A stretch of 64,000 bases of DNA from positions 32,001-96,000 of the IMG/VR virus record IMGVR_UViG_3300045988_115635, one strand, 5' to 3'. Numbering within the stretch: position 1 is the stretch's first letter; every line of letters begins with the position of its first letter. Shown one piece after another: positions 8,790-18,808 of the stretch. The notes under the pieces were generated by a model. That model ran no database searches. It was not told the origin of the DNA and saw only the letters and a program-made list of their open reading frames with translations. A program made the position numbers and the translations under genes. This DNA is from a virus.

Positions 8790-10084
8790 CTTTCTACCCG
8801 CTTTGGTATGCCGTTTTCGTCTTTAATAAGATCAATTAAAGCCTGACGCTTTAGTTCCCAGCGCAATTTATAACCCATATTCCCGTAACGCCTTGTTTTC
8901 AGGGTTACTAATTTCATAATAGATATTTTGCTTTCTTCTTCTGTATTACCTAACGCCCAAATAACATCAGCTAACTGTTCTACTACAGATGAATGAGCAA
9001 TATCTTGCGCTGTACCTATGCCGTCTTTAGCATTTTTAACACCTTCACGTGTCATTTGATGTAGTAACAACATAGGCGTTTTTACATTATCAGCGGGTGA
9101 AGCTATCAAGTTTTTAATTGTATAAATACAATCAGCAGTTTGTTCGTAAAGGCTTTGAATTTTGGGGTTTTTAGTTACGAACTGCAACTGGTCAACAATA
9201 ATAAAGTTACACCCGTTCATTTTGGCGTTTTGAACCAAATCTGACGGGGTACGTTCCTTCATTGAGGGCTGATCAATTACTAACCTACCTGGTAACTGTC
9301 CTATCTCGTCTCTGGCTCTGTCTAATGCCTGAATATACCTAGGCATTTCCACGCCTTTTAAAAACTGGTCTACAGGAACAACAACATCGTTTCTGTTAAC
9401 CCATAACAACTCTGTACGCCTGCCAATATCGAACGGGTCAAGTTCGAGTGTCGCAAAATATACGTTCCAACCTCTCTCGGCTGCTCTAAGAGCCGTTAAA
9501 GCTGCAAACCACGTTTTACCCTTACCAGTAGGAGCAACCAGTACAGCAAGCTCTCCTGGCTTTATACCGCCTGTTTCAACGTTTAATTCATCAAAGGGGT
9601 ATGGCGCGCCATTTTCATTTATTTTTGCATTAGCAAGCTTTTTGTATACGTCCATATTTTCGCCGTATACAATTTTTTGCTGCCTTGGAGTTACGTTATC
9701 CACTATTGCAGATAAGCTATCACGTAACAACTTAGCTTTATAGCAAGAATCAATATCAGCATCAATCAGACCAGAACGCACGACTTCCGTCATTTGCATA
9801 AAAGTGTATTGGTCCTTTAATTTTTTAGATAAATAAGCGGGTGCTGCCCCCTCTGCATTTGCTATTAAAACATCGTAGTCGCTAAATTTATTCCTTAGAA
9901 TATCAACTGTCGGTGCAGACTTCATAGCTGAATAATTAAGCCAGTAGTCTATAGCAAAGTCATAAATTTCACCCATCTTTTCATCAGCAAAATGGGTTTT
10001 GTCTATTCCCTCTTGATAAAAGACCATTAAAGCATCGGCGTTGGTAACAGCTTTAACAATCTCTGTTTCTACGTCTAATGCCAT
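8783..10084 (-). CDS. dnaB: replicative DNA helicase (DnaB family)
   Basis: A Walker A motif AVLVAPTGKGKTWFA is embedded in a RecA-like C-terminal domain. The protein is 433 aa and sits between the primase and the loader. Confidence 0.75.
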   Translation of the reverse strand: MALDVETEIVKAVTNADALMVFYQEGIDKTHFADEKMGEIYDFAIDYWLNYSAMKSAPTVDILRNKFSDYDVLIANAEGAAPAYLSKKLKDQYTFMQMTEVVRSGLIDADIDSCYKAKLLRDSLSAIVDNVTPRQQKIVYGENMDVYKKLANAKINENGAPYPFDELNVETGGIKPGELAVLVAPTGKGKTWFAALTALRAAERGWNVYFATLELDPFDIGRRTELLWVNRNDVVVPVDQFLKGVEMPRYIQALDRARDEIGQLPGRLVIDQPSMKERTPSDLVQNAKMNGCNFIIVDQLQFVTKNPKIQSLYEQTADCIYTIKNLIASPADNVKTPMLLLHQMTREGVKNAKDGIGTAQDIAHSSVVEQLADVIWALGNTEEESKISIMKLVTLKTRRYGNMGYKLRWELKRQALIDLIKDENGIPKRVERW

Positions 10085-10897
10085 TTAATAAATCCTCTTT
10101 AGCTTACGTTTTGCATTTGCTTGATGCCTATAGTCAGACCCGCTTACAGATACTAAGTCACATGTTTCTGTTAACAATGATACGAAATAACTACCATATA
10201 CTTTTTCAACACCTGATGGACAGTCGAGGTTAGTTGTAAAGATAGTTGCTCGTGACTGTTGTGTTCTAACCCTTAAAAGATTTTCGATCTGCTTTTTGGC
10301 GTATTTATTGCCTTTGTCAGAATCTAATTCTTTGCCAAGATCATCAATCACTAAGATTCTTGCACTACTGATTTTAGTTTTATGCCAGTCCGCGAACTCT
10401 GGGTCGTTCCAGCCTTTTTTAGTATCATCAATCAAACTTTTAGAAGTTGTTAGATAACATTCGATACCACGTAAAACTACTTGCTTTAAGAACAAAGCAG
10501 AAAGCATCGTTTTACCAGTACCAGCAGGACCAAATAAAATAAACCCTTTACCTGTCATCATATTTTCTTGGAGGTTTTGCAACCACGTAAGCACATAGTT
10601 TTTGGCGTTTACGTCTCCTACAAAATCCTCCCAGGTTAAGCGTTGGTAAGTGATACCAATACCAGCGTTAAGGTAGTGTTTGTAGCGTTGTAGTTGGTCT
10701 TTACAATTACAAATGTATTGCTTGCCATCTACCTCTAATATGCCGTCTACGCCCTCTCCTTGGTTCTTAAAACAAGTAGGGCAATACTCCAAGTAATCGG
10801 ACCCAAGATCAGGATAAAATTTATAAAGTTTATCAGCATCTTGTTGTGACAATGCAACATCGACTAATGGAGAATCTTCTAAACGTTCTACAGCCAT
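10085..10897 (-). CDS. helicase loader / DnaC-IstB-like AAA+ ATPase with N-terminal zinc module
   Basis: Walker A is FGPAGTGKT and Walker B is LVIDDLGKE. N-terminal zinc module CPTCF...CNCK. The gene lies immediately upstream of dnaB. Confidence 0.65.
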   Translation of the reverse strand: MAVERLEDSPLVDVALSQQDADKLYKFYPDLGSDYLEYCPTCFKNQGEGVDGILEVDGKQYICNCKDQLQRYKHYLNAGIGITYQRLTWEDFVGDVNAKNYVLTWLQNLQENMMTGKGFILFGPAGTGKTMLSALFLKQVVLRGIECYLTTSKSLIDDTKKGWNDPEFADWHKTKISSARILVIDDLGKELDSDKGNKYAKKQIENLLRVRTQQSRATIFTTNLDCPSGVEKVYGSYFVSLLTETCDLVSVSGSDYRHQANAKRKLKRIY

Positions 10898-11250
10898 ATA
10901 TCTTGGTCCACCTCTTTAGTATTAGATTCAGCCAAAGCAGAATCGGTTAACCACCTGAATTTTTTAGAAAATAATTCTTTGCCAATAGGCTTGTTTTTAA
11001 ACCTGCCACCCCATTCACCATAGATGTAAGAAACAATCTTAATAGCATCATCTTTGCCGTAGTCTCTTACAAAGCATTCAACACTGCGCATTGCAGGCGC
11101 GGTAAACATGCTTTTCTGATTCATGGGATCGATACTAAAAAGAGACATATAACAATTCCTAAAATTGTCATACACCTCTTTAATATCAGGGTTATTTTCG
11201 TAAATGTTATGTGCCGTCCCTGGTATATTTTTTAAGTCCATAGTTATCAC
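10888..11250 (-). CDS. hypothetical protein
   Basis: A 120-aa ORF in the co-oriented gene string with no recognisable motif. Confidence 0.4.
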   Translation of the reverse strand: MITMDLKNIPGTAHNIYENNPDIKEVYDNFRNCYMSLFSIDPMNQKSMFTAPAMRSVECFVRDYGKDDAIKIVSYIYGEWGGRFKNKPIGKELFSKKFRWLTDSALAESNTKEVDQDIWL

Positions 11251-11704
11251 AGATTCCGTTTATTACTCTAGCTGCTTCTATAGGGTCATTTATAGGTAAG
11301 ACAGCTTCAATGTTTTTATTCTCAATATCTTCACCATCAAGGCTAAAGACTATATTAAAGCTATATCGACTTAATATAGTCTCAATTTCGGTTTCGAGAA
11401 TCTTTTTCAATGATTCATCTTGAACCTCGTCAATAAATTCAATTGGTAAATCCCTTGACACAATCAACTTTAAGGGTTGGTACATTTGCGCCATTCCTTT
11501 TACTGATTCGTTGGTAAGCATTAAATCAAATAAAAGTTGATTGATAGAGAGATTCAAAAGTTCGTCATTACCAAACTCAAAGTTTGGCATGCGTCTAAAT
11601 ATCTCAAAGGAGGTATGGTGATAATCTATGCAATTACTAAGCACCTTTGAAAACTTTCGTTTTTCTGCAAGGCTACCACCATATAGACCAATGTTTAATA
11701 TCAT
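11207..11704 (-). CDS. hypothetical protein
   Basis: A 165-aa ORF with no recognisable motif. Confidence 0.4.
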   Translation of the reverse strand: MILNIGLYGGSLAEKRKFSKVLSNCIDYHHTSFEIFRRMPNFEFGNDELLNLSINQLLFDLMLTNESVKGMAQMYQPLKLIVSRDLPIEFIDEVQDESLKKILETEIETILSRYSFNIVFSLDGEDIENKNIEAVLPINDPIEAARVINGICDNYGLKKYTRDGT

Positions 11705-11982
11705 CGTGCCATTGCCGCCTGTTGTTTTGCTATAGCCTGATCAGAAATGTTTTGTGCAATACGATCAATTTCTTCATCACAAACTTTTTCGCAATCATGA
11801 TTCATTTGATGCATTACTTGCGTCAATAATTCCTGTGTTGGATACCCTGGTCCGATTTGAGACTTCATAGAAACATCTTTCTTAACCCATGAACCATCGG
11901 GTGCTTGAATTGAAAAGCCTACCTGAACGGTAGCGTCAACACGATAAACACCCTGTTGTTGCAATGTATCAGCGGTACTCAT
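11701..11982 (-). CDS. hypothetical protein
   Basis: A 93-aa ORF with 4-nt overlaps to both neighbours. Confidence 0.4.
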   Translation of the reverse strand: MSTADTLQQQGVYRVDATVQVGFSIQAPDGSWVKKDVSMKSQIGPGYPTQELLTQVMHQMNHDCEKVCDEEIDRIAQNISDQAIAKQQAAMAR

Positions 11983-12509
11983 TGGCTTACCTCTATCATC
12001 ATAAATTTCTGTCCGTCTTCACCGTCATATTCCATAAGCCCATTAGCTGAACTTTCGGAATACTCGTCAATAAGCATATTAGCTTCAAAGTCTTTTCGAT
12101 GGATAGTAATAGTACCATCTTCATTTACGTTCATTGGTGCTTCAAAGGTATAAGCAGATGATTCATAAGTAGGGTGCATTGTAACGTTTACACTCTGCAA
12201 ATCATCATCAAAATCTAATTCAAAAGATGGATATTCGTAATACTTATTGTCGTAGTCGCTATATTCATAGACGTTATAGGTATTACCAGAAATAAACTGC
12301 TTAGCCTTAGCCTGCGGTTGGGGGTCTAAGAAGAGTAAAGAAACAATTACTAACGCTAGAATAAATGCAATACAGACTGCGGCAACTGCACAGCCAAAGA
12401 TCAGTGTGTTTCTGTCTTTGGCTGCAAATTTCTTTAGTTGCTCACCCATTTTAATCACCCATAGGCTCAAAGCTATTGAGTTCCCTATTTGCGTAACGAC
12501 CTTCTTCAT
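11979..12509 (-). CDS. membrane-anchored protein (single N-terminal TM, acidic Tyr-rich ectodomain)
   Basis: The hydrophobic segment is LIFGCAVAAVCIAFILALVIVSLLFL. The acidic region EYSDYDNKYYEYPSFELDFDDD follows. Confidence 0.45.
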   Translation of the reverse strand: MKKVVTQIGNSIALSLWVIKMGEQLKKFAAKDRNTLIFGCAVAAVCIAFILALVIVSLLFLDPQPQAKAKQFISGNTYNVYEYSDYDNKYYEYPSFELDFDDDLQSVNVTMHPTYESSAYTFEAPMNVNEDGTITIHRKDFEANMLIDEYSESSANGLMEYDGEDGQKFMMIEVSQ

Positions 12510-13035
12510 TCTTAGTCATTTTGCGCAAAACAAGCTTATAGCTTGCAGGCTTTACTGTCATAACATCTTCCGAACAAACAAGGTCGGTAGGAACAAGGTC
12601 ATTAAGACCAACAATAGCCTTTTCGATCTTAGATTCATCAATGATGCGAGGTACAGGGTTTACCTTAGTAACACTCTTGAATGCTTCCCAAGCTTTACCC
12701 TTTTTGTCATTAATATCTTCGCCGTAGTAAGCGTACAAAGCGTTTAACAGATTATCTTCTGTAATTTCGCGCTGTTCACCACGTGCTACTTCACGCTGAA
12801 TTTTCTGCTGGTTATCAAAACCATAGATCGAAGCAGTAGTTTCGCCCGTTTCGTCAATGAGTGAGTTAATAGTAGATTTAATAGCAGAAAGATTCTTGTC
12901 AATTTCTTTCTTTTGCTTGTTAAGATCATCGTAAAGACGAACCAAAGCTTCAGCGCGTTCTGGTTTGTAAAGGTCCTCTTTTGAATAGTCCTTTACTGCT
13001 AAGATTTGTTCAGAAACCTTTTGAATGTCAGCCAT
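12451..13035 (-). CDS. hypothetical coiled-coil protein
   Basis: A 194-aa ORF with K/E-rich heptad-like segments. Its RBS is AAGGAGATGAAAGGTGG. A degenerate copy of the intergenic motif lies upstream. Confidence 0.45.
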   Translation of the reverse strand: MADIQKVSEQILAVKDYSKEDLYKPERAEALVRLYDDLNKQKKEIDKNLSAIKSTINSLIDETGETTASIYGFDNQQKIQREVARGEQREITEDNLLNALYAYYGEDINDKKGKAWEAFKSVTKVNPVPRIIDESKIEKAIVGLNDLVPTDLVCSEDVMTVKPASYKLVLRKMTKNEEGRYANRELNSFEPMGD

Positions 13036-13103
13036 TGTAAGCCACCTTTCATCTCCTTGCTTTTGATAATTTAATGATAGCTTAGTGCGCTAAAAGTGTA
13101 AAG

Positions 13104-13125
13104 AAATAATTGAGATAATTATTTA
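13104..13125 (-). promoter_or_regulatory. degenerate copy of intergenic motif (aaataattgagataattattta)
   Basis: It shares the core AATAATTGAGATA with the five full copies. It lies upstream of gene 12451..13035. Confidence 0.3.
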
Positions 13126-13136
13126 AATAATTTTAT

Positions 13137-13499
13137 CTACTGAATTACCTTCCAACTTTCGCCCATGTCGGTTGATTTGTTAATAAATGTATCAGAAGGA
13201 AAATTTGCTACCGCAAAATCGACTAATTTGTTTACCTCTGCTTCATTGTCTCCAAAGAACTCAAAGCCAATAGCAGGTAATTTGTCGGTTTCTTTCATAA
13301 GTTCTAGTAGCTGCAAACCGTTGTAGTTTCCACCGTTAGGGGTAATAGCGAACCAGCCTACTTTATCGGCTAACTCTATAATCTTGGGGTCCTGTGTCCA
13401 ACTGTAATTTGTTCGCATTCCTTTGTTAGTTGGTGCAAGCCATACATTTACCCTAGCAGCTACAATTTTCATGATATTTTTCTCCCCATTAAAAGCCAA
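13137..13499 (-). CDS. hypothetical protein, translationally coupled to SNF2 helicase
   Basis: A 120-aa ORF whose start overlaps the helicase stop by 11 nt. Confidence 0.45.
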   Translation of the reverse strand: MAFNGEKNIMKIVAARVNVWLAPTNKGMRTNYSWTQDPKIIELADKVGWFAITPNGGNYNGLQLLELMKETDKLPAIGFEFFGDNEAEVNKLVDFAVANFPSDTFINKSTDMGESWKVIQ

Positions 13500-15267
13500 G
13501 TATGTAATCTATATTCTTCATTGTATCGTTTTCACCTGCGATCTCATACTCACCAATTCCCATATCTTGCGCTAAGGCTCGTCTACCTGCCATAGTATCT
13601 TCAATGCGTTCTTCTATCGTTTCTCGCGTAACAAAACGATAAATTGTTACGTGATTATGCTGTGAACTAATACGATGGATACGGTCTGATCTTTGGTTGT
13701 ATGCAGAATAGGTCGAAGGGGTATCATAATGAATCAAGTACCTACCTTCTGGTAAGTCTATTCCTTCTTTTCCTGCGTCACTCATTAAGATTAAGTTGTA
13801 ATTTTTATCATGCCTAAAAGCATCACCGATAACTTTTCTTTCTTTTGCACTTTGCTCACCTGTATATAGCAGTGGTTTATATTGCTTTAGATGATTAGCT
13901 AGGGGAATTAAGCAGTTATTAGTGTGTTGAGCAAAGATAATAAGCTTTTCACCTCCACCGATTATCTGGTCCACTAATTCTTCTGCTTTTTGCAATTTTT
14001 CACTATTCTTACTATCTACTAAATCTTTAGCGTATTTTTGAACAATTTGGTGTATATGTTCTAGCTGATCTTTATAAAAGAATATACCGCCGTTATACTG
14101 CCAAATGTCATCGTTGAGTAAAACCTCTGGCATTCGACAGATACGCTCTAACATAAGCATAAATAGCGTTCGCTGCTTAGTATCTGTTTTCTGCTCACGG
14201 TCAAAAGCGCTTACTTCTTTGCCGTAATTTTCTATTTCGTTGTATAGCTTTCGCTCTATTGGTGATAAGTCTAACTCAATAACAATTTCCTGCTTTTCAG
14301 GAAACTCTTTAGCGATTTCAGGGTTTGTTTTCTCGGCAATAAAGGTTTTACCCGCGCTCATTAAGCCCATAATGTCTAAATTTTGAAAACCAAGATAACG
14401 ATTGAACATATCTTTTTCGCCATCGTTATAGGTAAATAGATGTTCAAAATCTTTAACTCTACCGTAAATATCAGGCTCTATAATTCGCCATTCATTATAA
14501 AAATCTTCAGGACCACGTTCTAACGGGGTAGCAGTTAAACCTATCTTGTATTTAACGTCTAGCTTTTTATTAAACTCAATAAATTTCTTATGGCGTGAAC
14601 TTTTCCTATTTTTAAGTCGCTGAACTTCATCGTAAACGATACAAAGCTTTTTACCTTCTAACGCCTTTATGATGTAATGCCAATCTTTAGTGTTTGCTCG
14701 GTCGTAGTTAATAACCCAAATATCACTAGTATCTGTTTGATACCATGCCTGGCGTTTAGATAATGGCTTGTTTCTATCTACTGTTCCTGCTGTTAGCTTT
14801 GTAGCAGTTTCTAACCATGAAACCCACTGCTCAATCAAAGGAGCAGGGCAAAAAACTAAGACTTTATTTATATTTCCTCTATCAAATTCACGGGTGAAAA
14901 ATACTGTGCCTAAACACGTTTTACCAGTGCCACATGAACAAATAAACATGGCGTTATTTTTGCCATCTAAAGCATGTAAACCACGTTTTTGAAAAGCTTT
15001 TAAATCAAAAGGTAAAGTAAGAGATTCGCTCTCAATATTCGATTCGTTTCTTACTTTTTGGAATAACTTTGCAGCATCTTCAGTAAACCCAACGTTTGAT
15101 ACTTTAGACAATCCTTCACAAAGTTCTGTGATGCGATCTGAATTCTTTAGAACGTTGGTTCTACTTACTATAGATGCGTCTTTAAAAGGCTCTAGTACAG
15201 ATTGATCCTCTGCAATTACTTCAAATTGATCTTCGAAATAAGGTGATAGTGCGATGGTAGTATTCAT
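13489..15267 (-). CDS. SNF2/RAD54-family DEAD/DEAH-box helicase
   Basis: Helicase motifs are present: motif I CSCGTGKT, motif II IVYDEVQRLKN, motif III LTATP and motif VI QRSDRIHRISSQ. Confidence 0.75.
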   Translation of the reverse strand: MNTTIALSPYFEDQFEVIAEDQSVLEPFKDASIVSRTNVLKNSDRITELCEGLSKVSNVGFTEDAAKLFQKVRNESNIESESLTLPFDLKAFQKRGLHALDGKNNAMFICSCGTGKTCLGTVFFTREFDRGNINKVLVFCPAPLIEQWVSWLETATKLTAGTVDRNKPLSKRQAWYQTDTSDIWVINYDRANTKDWHYIIKALEGKKLCIVYDEVQRLKNRKSSRHKKFIEFNKKLDVKYKIGLTATPLERGPEDFYNEWRIIEPDIYGRVKDFEHLFTYNDGEKDMFNRYLGFQNLDIMGLMSAGKTFIAEKTNPEIAKEFPEKQEIVIELDLSPIERKLYNEIENYGKEVSAFDREQKTDTKQRTLFMLMLERICRMPEVLLNDDIWQYNGGIFFYKDQLEHIHQIVQKYAKDLVDSKNSEKLQKAEELVDQIIGGGEKLIIFAQHTNNCLIPLANHLKQYKPLLYTGEQSAKERKVIGDAFRHDKNYNLILMSDAGKEGIDLPEGRYLIHYDTPSTYSAYNQRSDRIHRISSQHNHVTIYRFVTRETIEERIEDTMAGRRALAQDMGIGEYEIAGENDTMKNIDYILGF

Positions 15268-15327
15268 ATTTTCTCCTTGCTCTGAAACACACTATACCAC
15301 CTTTTAGCTTCATTTTTGTTTTACATT

Positions 15328-15366
15328 CTCAATAAATTTATTGAGATAGAACAAATGTACGTGTTC
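15328..15366 (-). promoter_or_regulatory. copy 2 of conserved intergenic dyad motif, upstream of SNF2 helicase
   Basis: The plus strand reads ctcaataaatttattgagatagaacaaatgtacgtgttc. Downstream on the minus strand lies TGGTATAGT, an extended -10-like element. Confidence 0.5.
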
Positions 15367-15381
15367 AATTATTTTATTGAC

Positions 15382-15411
15382 AAAAAAAAGGAGGTATTCA
15401 TAACGAATACC
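15382..15411 (-). terminator. rho-independent terminator after tail-fiber genes
   Basis: A 7-bp stem GGTATTC/GAATACC with a 5-nt loop is followed on the minus strand by U8 (plus-strand a8 at 15382-15389). Confidence 0.6.
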
Positions 15412-15474
15412 CCCTATCAGCGCACCCACATCATTAGAGCAAGGAGATGATGAGTGAATACATACATTATAACA

Positions 15475-17352
15475 TTAGTAATAGCTATACATATAGTTAA
15501 TTGTCTTAGATGAATTACCCCCAACAGGTGATTTGTAATTGATAACGATTTGACCATTTGATAAATCGACCGTGCTAGGGAAAGTAATTGATATATCTCT
15601 ATCAATAGCAGTTGTAATACCCTGCTGCGCAACATCAGAACCAGGGAAATAACCATTTACGGTAACGCTGTTAATAAATACAGATGGTGCTACCGAACTG
15701 TCATAACTTGATTCACCTTCATAGAATACATAAGCGTCAATATCTACTGTTCGAGATTGCAAGCCGATAACATTTAACTGATCTTCAATTCTATTTCCAT
15801 CTGGTCCAACGTAATAAACATCAGAATACGATGGAATAGCCGTGAATTGAACTTCATCTTCTACGGTAGTAGAAGCAGAAATAACGCCTGTGTTGTTATC
15901 AGTTGTTTCTGTGCCCTTCCAATGGATAAGCAAAGATTTAACATCGCCTAAAGCTTCAAAGTCAGTTAACGACCATTCTGGCGTTTGCAAGTATGCACTC
16001 ATATAAGGGTCGTCTAGCTTCTTAATGTCACCTGTCGACAAACTAAAATGAGGGTTAAGTTTGATATAAGCAGATTCGAAAAATACCGATGCTCCAAATA
16101 CCTTGTTTGATGAATACATTTCCGCGCCGTCAGAACTACCCCCAACATCAGAATAGTAAAAGTAACCAGCATCAATAGCAGTTACAGCAGCAAGGCTACT
16201 TGTGATATTAAGTGTCGCTTGTTGCTGATTTACCTTAACGGTCAAAACACCATTACCAGTAGCTTTGTAATCTATTGAGCAGGTTTGACCAACAGTCATT
16301 TCAAATGCCGTTGTATTACTAATGGTCCATTCTGCGTCCATCGAGTTACCACTACGGGTATCATAGTTAATATCACCAATAGTAAAGGTAGCGTAAAACT
16401 CATTGGTATAACCTACATAATCGCTTGCGCCTAAGCGGTTAATTTTTAAATCTTCAATGTATGGGTCTAAACACATACCAGAACTATCAATAGCAGAAAC
16501 GGTATACGTTTTTGAAGAATCATAATTATCTAACTGATAAGAGGTAAGGCGTGTCTTAGCAATCATTACCCCATCTTCATAGATGTAATAAACGAATACG
16601 CCATTACCGCCTGTTGCTTCTGTCCAAGTAGCATAACCAACAATAGAAGCACTAAAGTCACTTTCGCCATCTTCTGTATTCCATGTCAGATCATCAGGTG
16701 TACCAATCTGAAAATCAGGTTTAGGGACAATAGCAAAAGCTTGTAACCATTCCTGGGGGTTGTTTGATAATACTCTAGCTTTAAGGGTATTAGTCTGCCT
16801 TGGTAGCGTCATTCTTGTATAGGTCTTATTTGGTAAGTCATACCACTGATACCACTTATTACCACCATCGGGGCTAAACTCCCAAAGAAGGTTTGAGTAT
16901 CTAAAGCGTGCATTATCGAACCACGCTTCGCCTTCCCCATCATCGGAATATAGATTAAACGATAAACCTACACTGTCTGTAGTGTCGTCATTCTTACCCC
17001 AGCTACGCCCCTTTTCAACCGATTCAGGGTACTTGTTATAGCTTTGCCTTACGTGGTATTCAGGACCAGTAGAACCCATCTCATCAAGTACCGCGAACAT
17101 ATTAGCCCAAGTGGTAGCTCTAGGGTCGGTTGTAGTAGCAGGTACAGATGTTCCTTTACCTGCTCGGTCGAAAAATCTTTTTATTTCGTTAACAGTAATG
17201 CTTTTGCCAATTCCGTTTTCGATTGAAGGGTCAAAGATATTGTAGGTATATTCTCCTAATTCCCTAGCACCATATCTAACCATTCTCACAGAACCCTGGG
17301 CGGATTTACCGCCTTCAAAACAATTACCGATTCTTAATGTTGGGTCTGGCAT
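15475..17352 (-). CDS. tail fiber / receptor-binding protein (putative)
   Basis: A 625-aa G/S/T/Y/N-rich, beta-rich protein. It is the last gene of the late operon, before the terminator. Confidence 0.4.
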   Translation of the reverse strand: MPDPTLRIGNCFEGGKSAQGSVRMVRYGARELGEYTYNIFDPSIENGIGKSITVNEIKRFFDRAGKGTSVPATTTDPRATTWANMFAVLDEMGSTGPEYHVRQSYNKYPESVEKGRSWGKNDDTTDSVGLSFNLYSDDGEGEAWFDNARFRYSNLLWEFSPDGGNKWYQWYDLPNKTYTRMTLPRQTNTLKARVLSNNPQEWLQAFAIVPKPDFQIGTPDDLTWNTEDGESDFSASIVGYATWTEATGGNGVFVYYIYEDGVMIAKTRLTSYQLDNYDSSKTYTVSAIDSSGMCLDPYIEDLKINRLGASDYVGYTNEFYATFTIGDINYDTRSGNSMDAEWTISNTTAFEMTVGQTCSIDYKATGNGVLTVKVNQQQATLNITSSLAAVTAIDAGYFYYSDVGGSSDGAEMYSSNKVFGASVFFESAYIKLNPHFSLSTGDIKKLDDPYMSAYLQTPEWSLTDFEALGDVKSLLIHWKGTETTDNNTGVISASTTVEDEVQFTAIPSYSDVYYVGPDGNRIEDQLNVIGLQSRTVDIDAYVFYEGESSYDSSVAPSVFINSVTVNGYFPGSDVAQQGITTAIDRDISITFPSTVDLSNGQIVINYKSPVGGNSSKTINYMYSYY

Positions 17353-18798
17353 TTATAACGTCCTCCATTCACCACGAACGCGAACATAAACACCTTCGGT
17401 TTCGTGCCACTTACCATCTTTGTAAATATAGGTTAAGCCTTGATGCCACCTGTTTTCATTAGGAACATCATAACGCCAAATAATACCGCCGTAATACTCC
17501 ACACTACAGGTAGTATTTTCACCGTCAGAATTATAAATAAGTCTGTTTTTAGTATCGTAGGCTTTCAGAGTAAACACTTGAATAGTTCTAGGTCGCTGCC
17601 TGCCTAACGTAACCTCAACATACTTTTCTCCATTTACTCCACTGTCTATAGCATCGCTTGCATTCCATGACTTAACAAGTCCGTCTAAGTCTCCTACTAA
17701 TTCAAAGCGAGACAATGGATAAGAGCCATCGAACCAACCAGAATAGTAAAACTTAACTGTCTCACCCGCACAAAGAACTTCATTTCTTGTGCCACGCCTG
17801 CCAACGCAATAAAGTTCTTCAGGAGCAACAGACGGAATTTCAAAGTAATGGATAGAATTAGACCACGTTACAGCCTTTGAGAAAGCCTGTCCGTCCCAAG
17901 TTCTAACACCAAAGTATAATTTGTCGTCTGTTTGAATATCGAACGCCAGAGAGGGGTCTACGTCCGCCGTAAGGGTATCTATTCCGTTGACAGACTGCAA
18001 TAAAGTAGCGTATTGAGCAACATTATCACCTACGGTTGCTCCACTCGGTACACTGTCACCTCTGTATACGAATATGTCATACCTACTTGCGCCATTACAC
18101 CTGTCCCAAGAAACGGTAACTCTTTGGTCTGATGCACGAATAATTTCAATTTCTGTTGGTGATGCTGTTACCTGCGAAGGTGAAGCAGGTCTAGGGTATA
18201 CGCCAATCCAACCACCCGCTAATTCTTCAAGATTTCTATTATTTAAGAAACAACCATCATTAGGGCATGCTCTCCATGCATAAGTACCAATATGTTCATC
18301 AGCGTTCCAAGGTCTCCAATAACCTTGTGCGCCTTGCCAGTTGTTAATATCCTGTGCATTAGCGGCATAAATGCCACCGCCGCCTAAACCAGTAATAGGC
18401 GGTCTGGTAATGCAAGGAATTATATGTAATTGACCATCATCAGTACCTATTGATACTGTGCCATTAAAGACAGTAAACCAACCTTTCCAAGCAGAACCAT
18501 CATAGAGCGAATCTCCATACTGCCAGTAAAAATCACCGCCACCATAGTATGAACCACTCCACTGATGACCCCAAAACCTACGGGTGGTCTTAATGTCTGC
18601 ATACTGATATGTGCCGTTTACTTTGCACTCATGAGCAATCCTAAACGAAAAATAAGAAGAATAGTTTTTAAGTCTCAATCTAATCTGCAAAGTTACTTTT
18701 ACACTGCTTGCAGTACGATTAGACGAACTTAGAGAGTATTCATAAAAAGTCTTAGGACTGCCATTTGATTGCGTAGCACCTGATAAAGGTATTGTCAT
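17353..18798 (-). CDS. tail fiber-associated protein with fibronectin type III-like segment
   Basis: PASPSQVTASPTEIEIIRASDQRVTVSWDRCNGASRYDIFVYR has an FN3-like pattern. The protein is G/W/Y-rich. Confidence 0.4.
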   Translation of the reverse strand: MTIPLSGATQSNGSPKTFYEYSLSSSNRTASSVKVTLQIRLRLKNYSSYFSFRIAHECKVNGTYQYADIKTTRRFWGHQWSGSYYGGGDFYWQYGDSLYDGSAWKGWFTVFNGTVSIGTDDGQLHIIPCITRPPITGLGGGGIYAANAQDINNWQGAQGYWRPWNADEHIGTYAWRACPNDGCFLNNRNLEELAGGWIGVYPRPASPSQVTASPTEIEIIRASDQRVTVSWDRCNGASRYDIFVYRGDSVPSGATVGDNVAQYATLLQSVNGIDTLTADVDPSLAFDIQTDDKLYFGVRTWDGQAFSKAVTWSNSIHYFEIPSVAPEELYCVGRRGTRNEVLCAGETVKFYYSGWFDGSYPLSRFELVGDLDGLVKSWNASDAIDSGVNGEKYVEVTLGRQRPRTIQVFTLKAYDTKNRLIYNSDGENTTCSVEYYGGIIWRYDVPNENRWHQGLTYIYKDGKWHETEGVYVRVRGEWRTL

Positions 18799-18808
18799 AA
18801 AACATCAC

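Noticed and set aside
15417-15656. 79-aa ORF spanning the fiber gene 3' end and terminator
   Set aside because: It overlaps the C-terminus of 15475..17352 and the terminator hairpin. It is hydrophobic low-complexity with no RBS.
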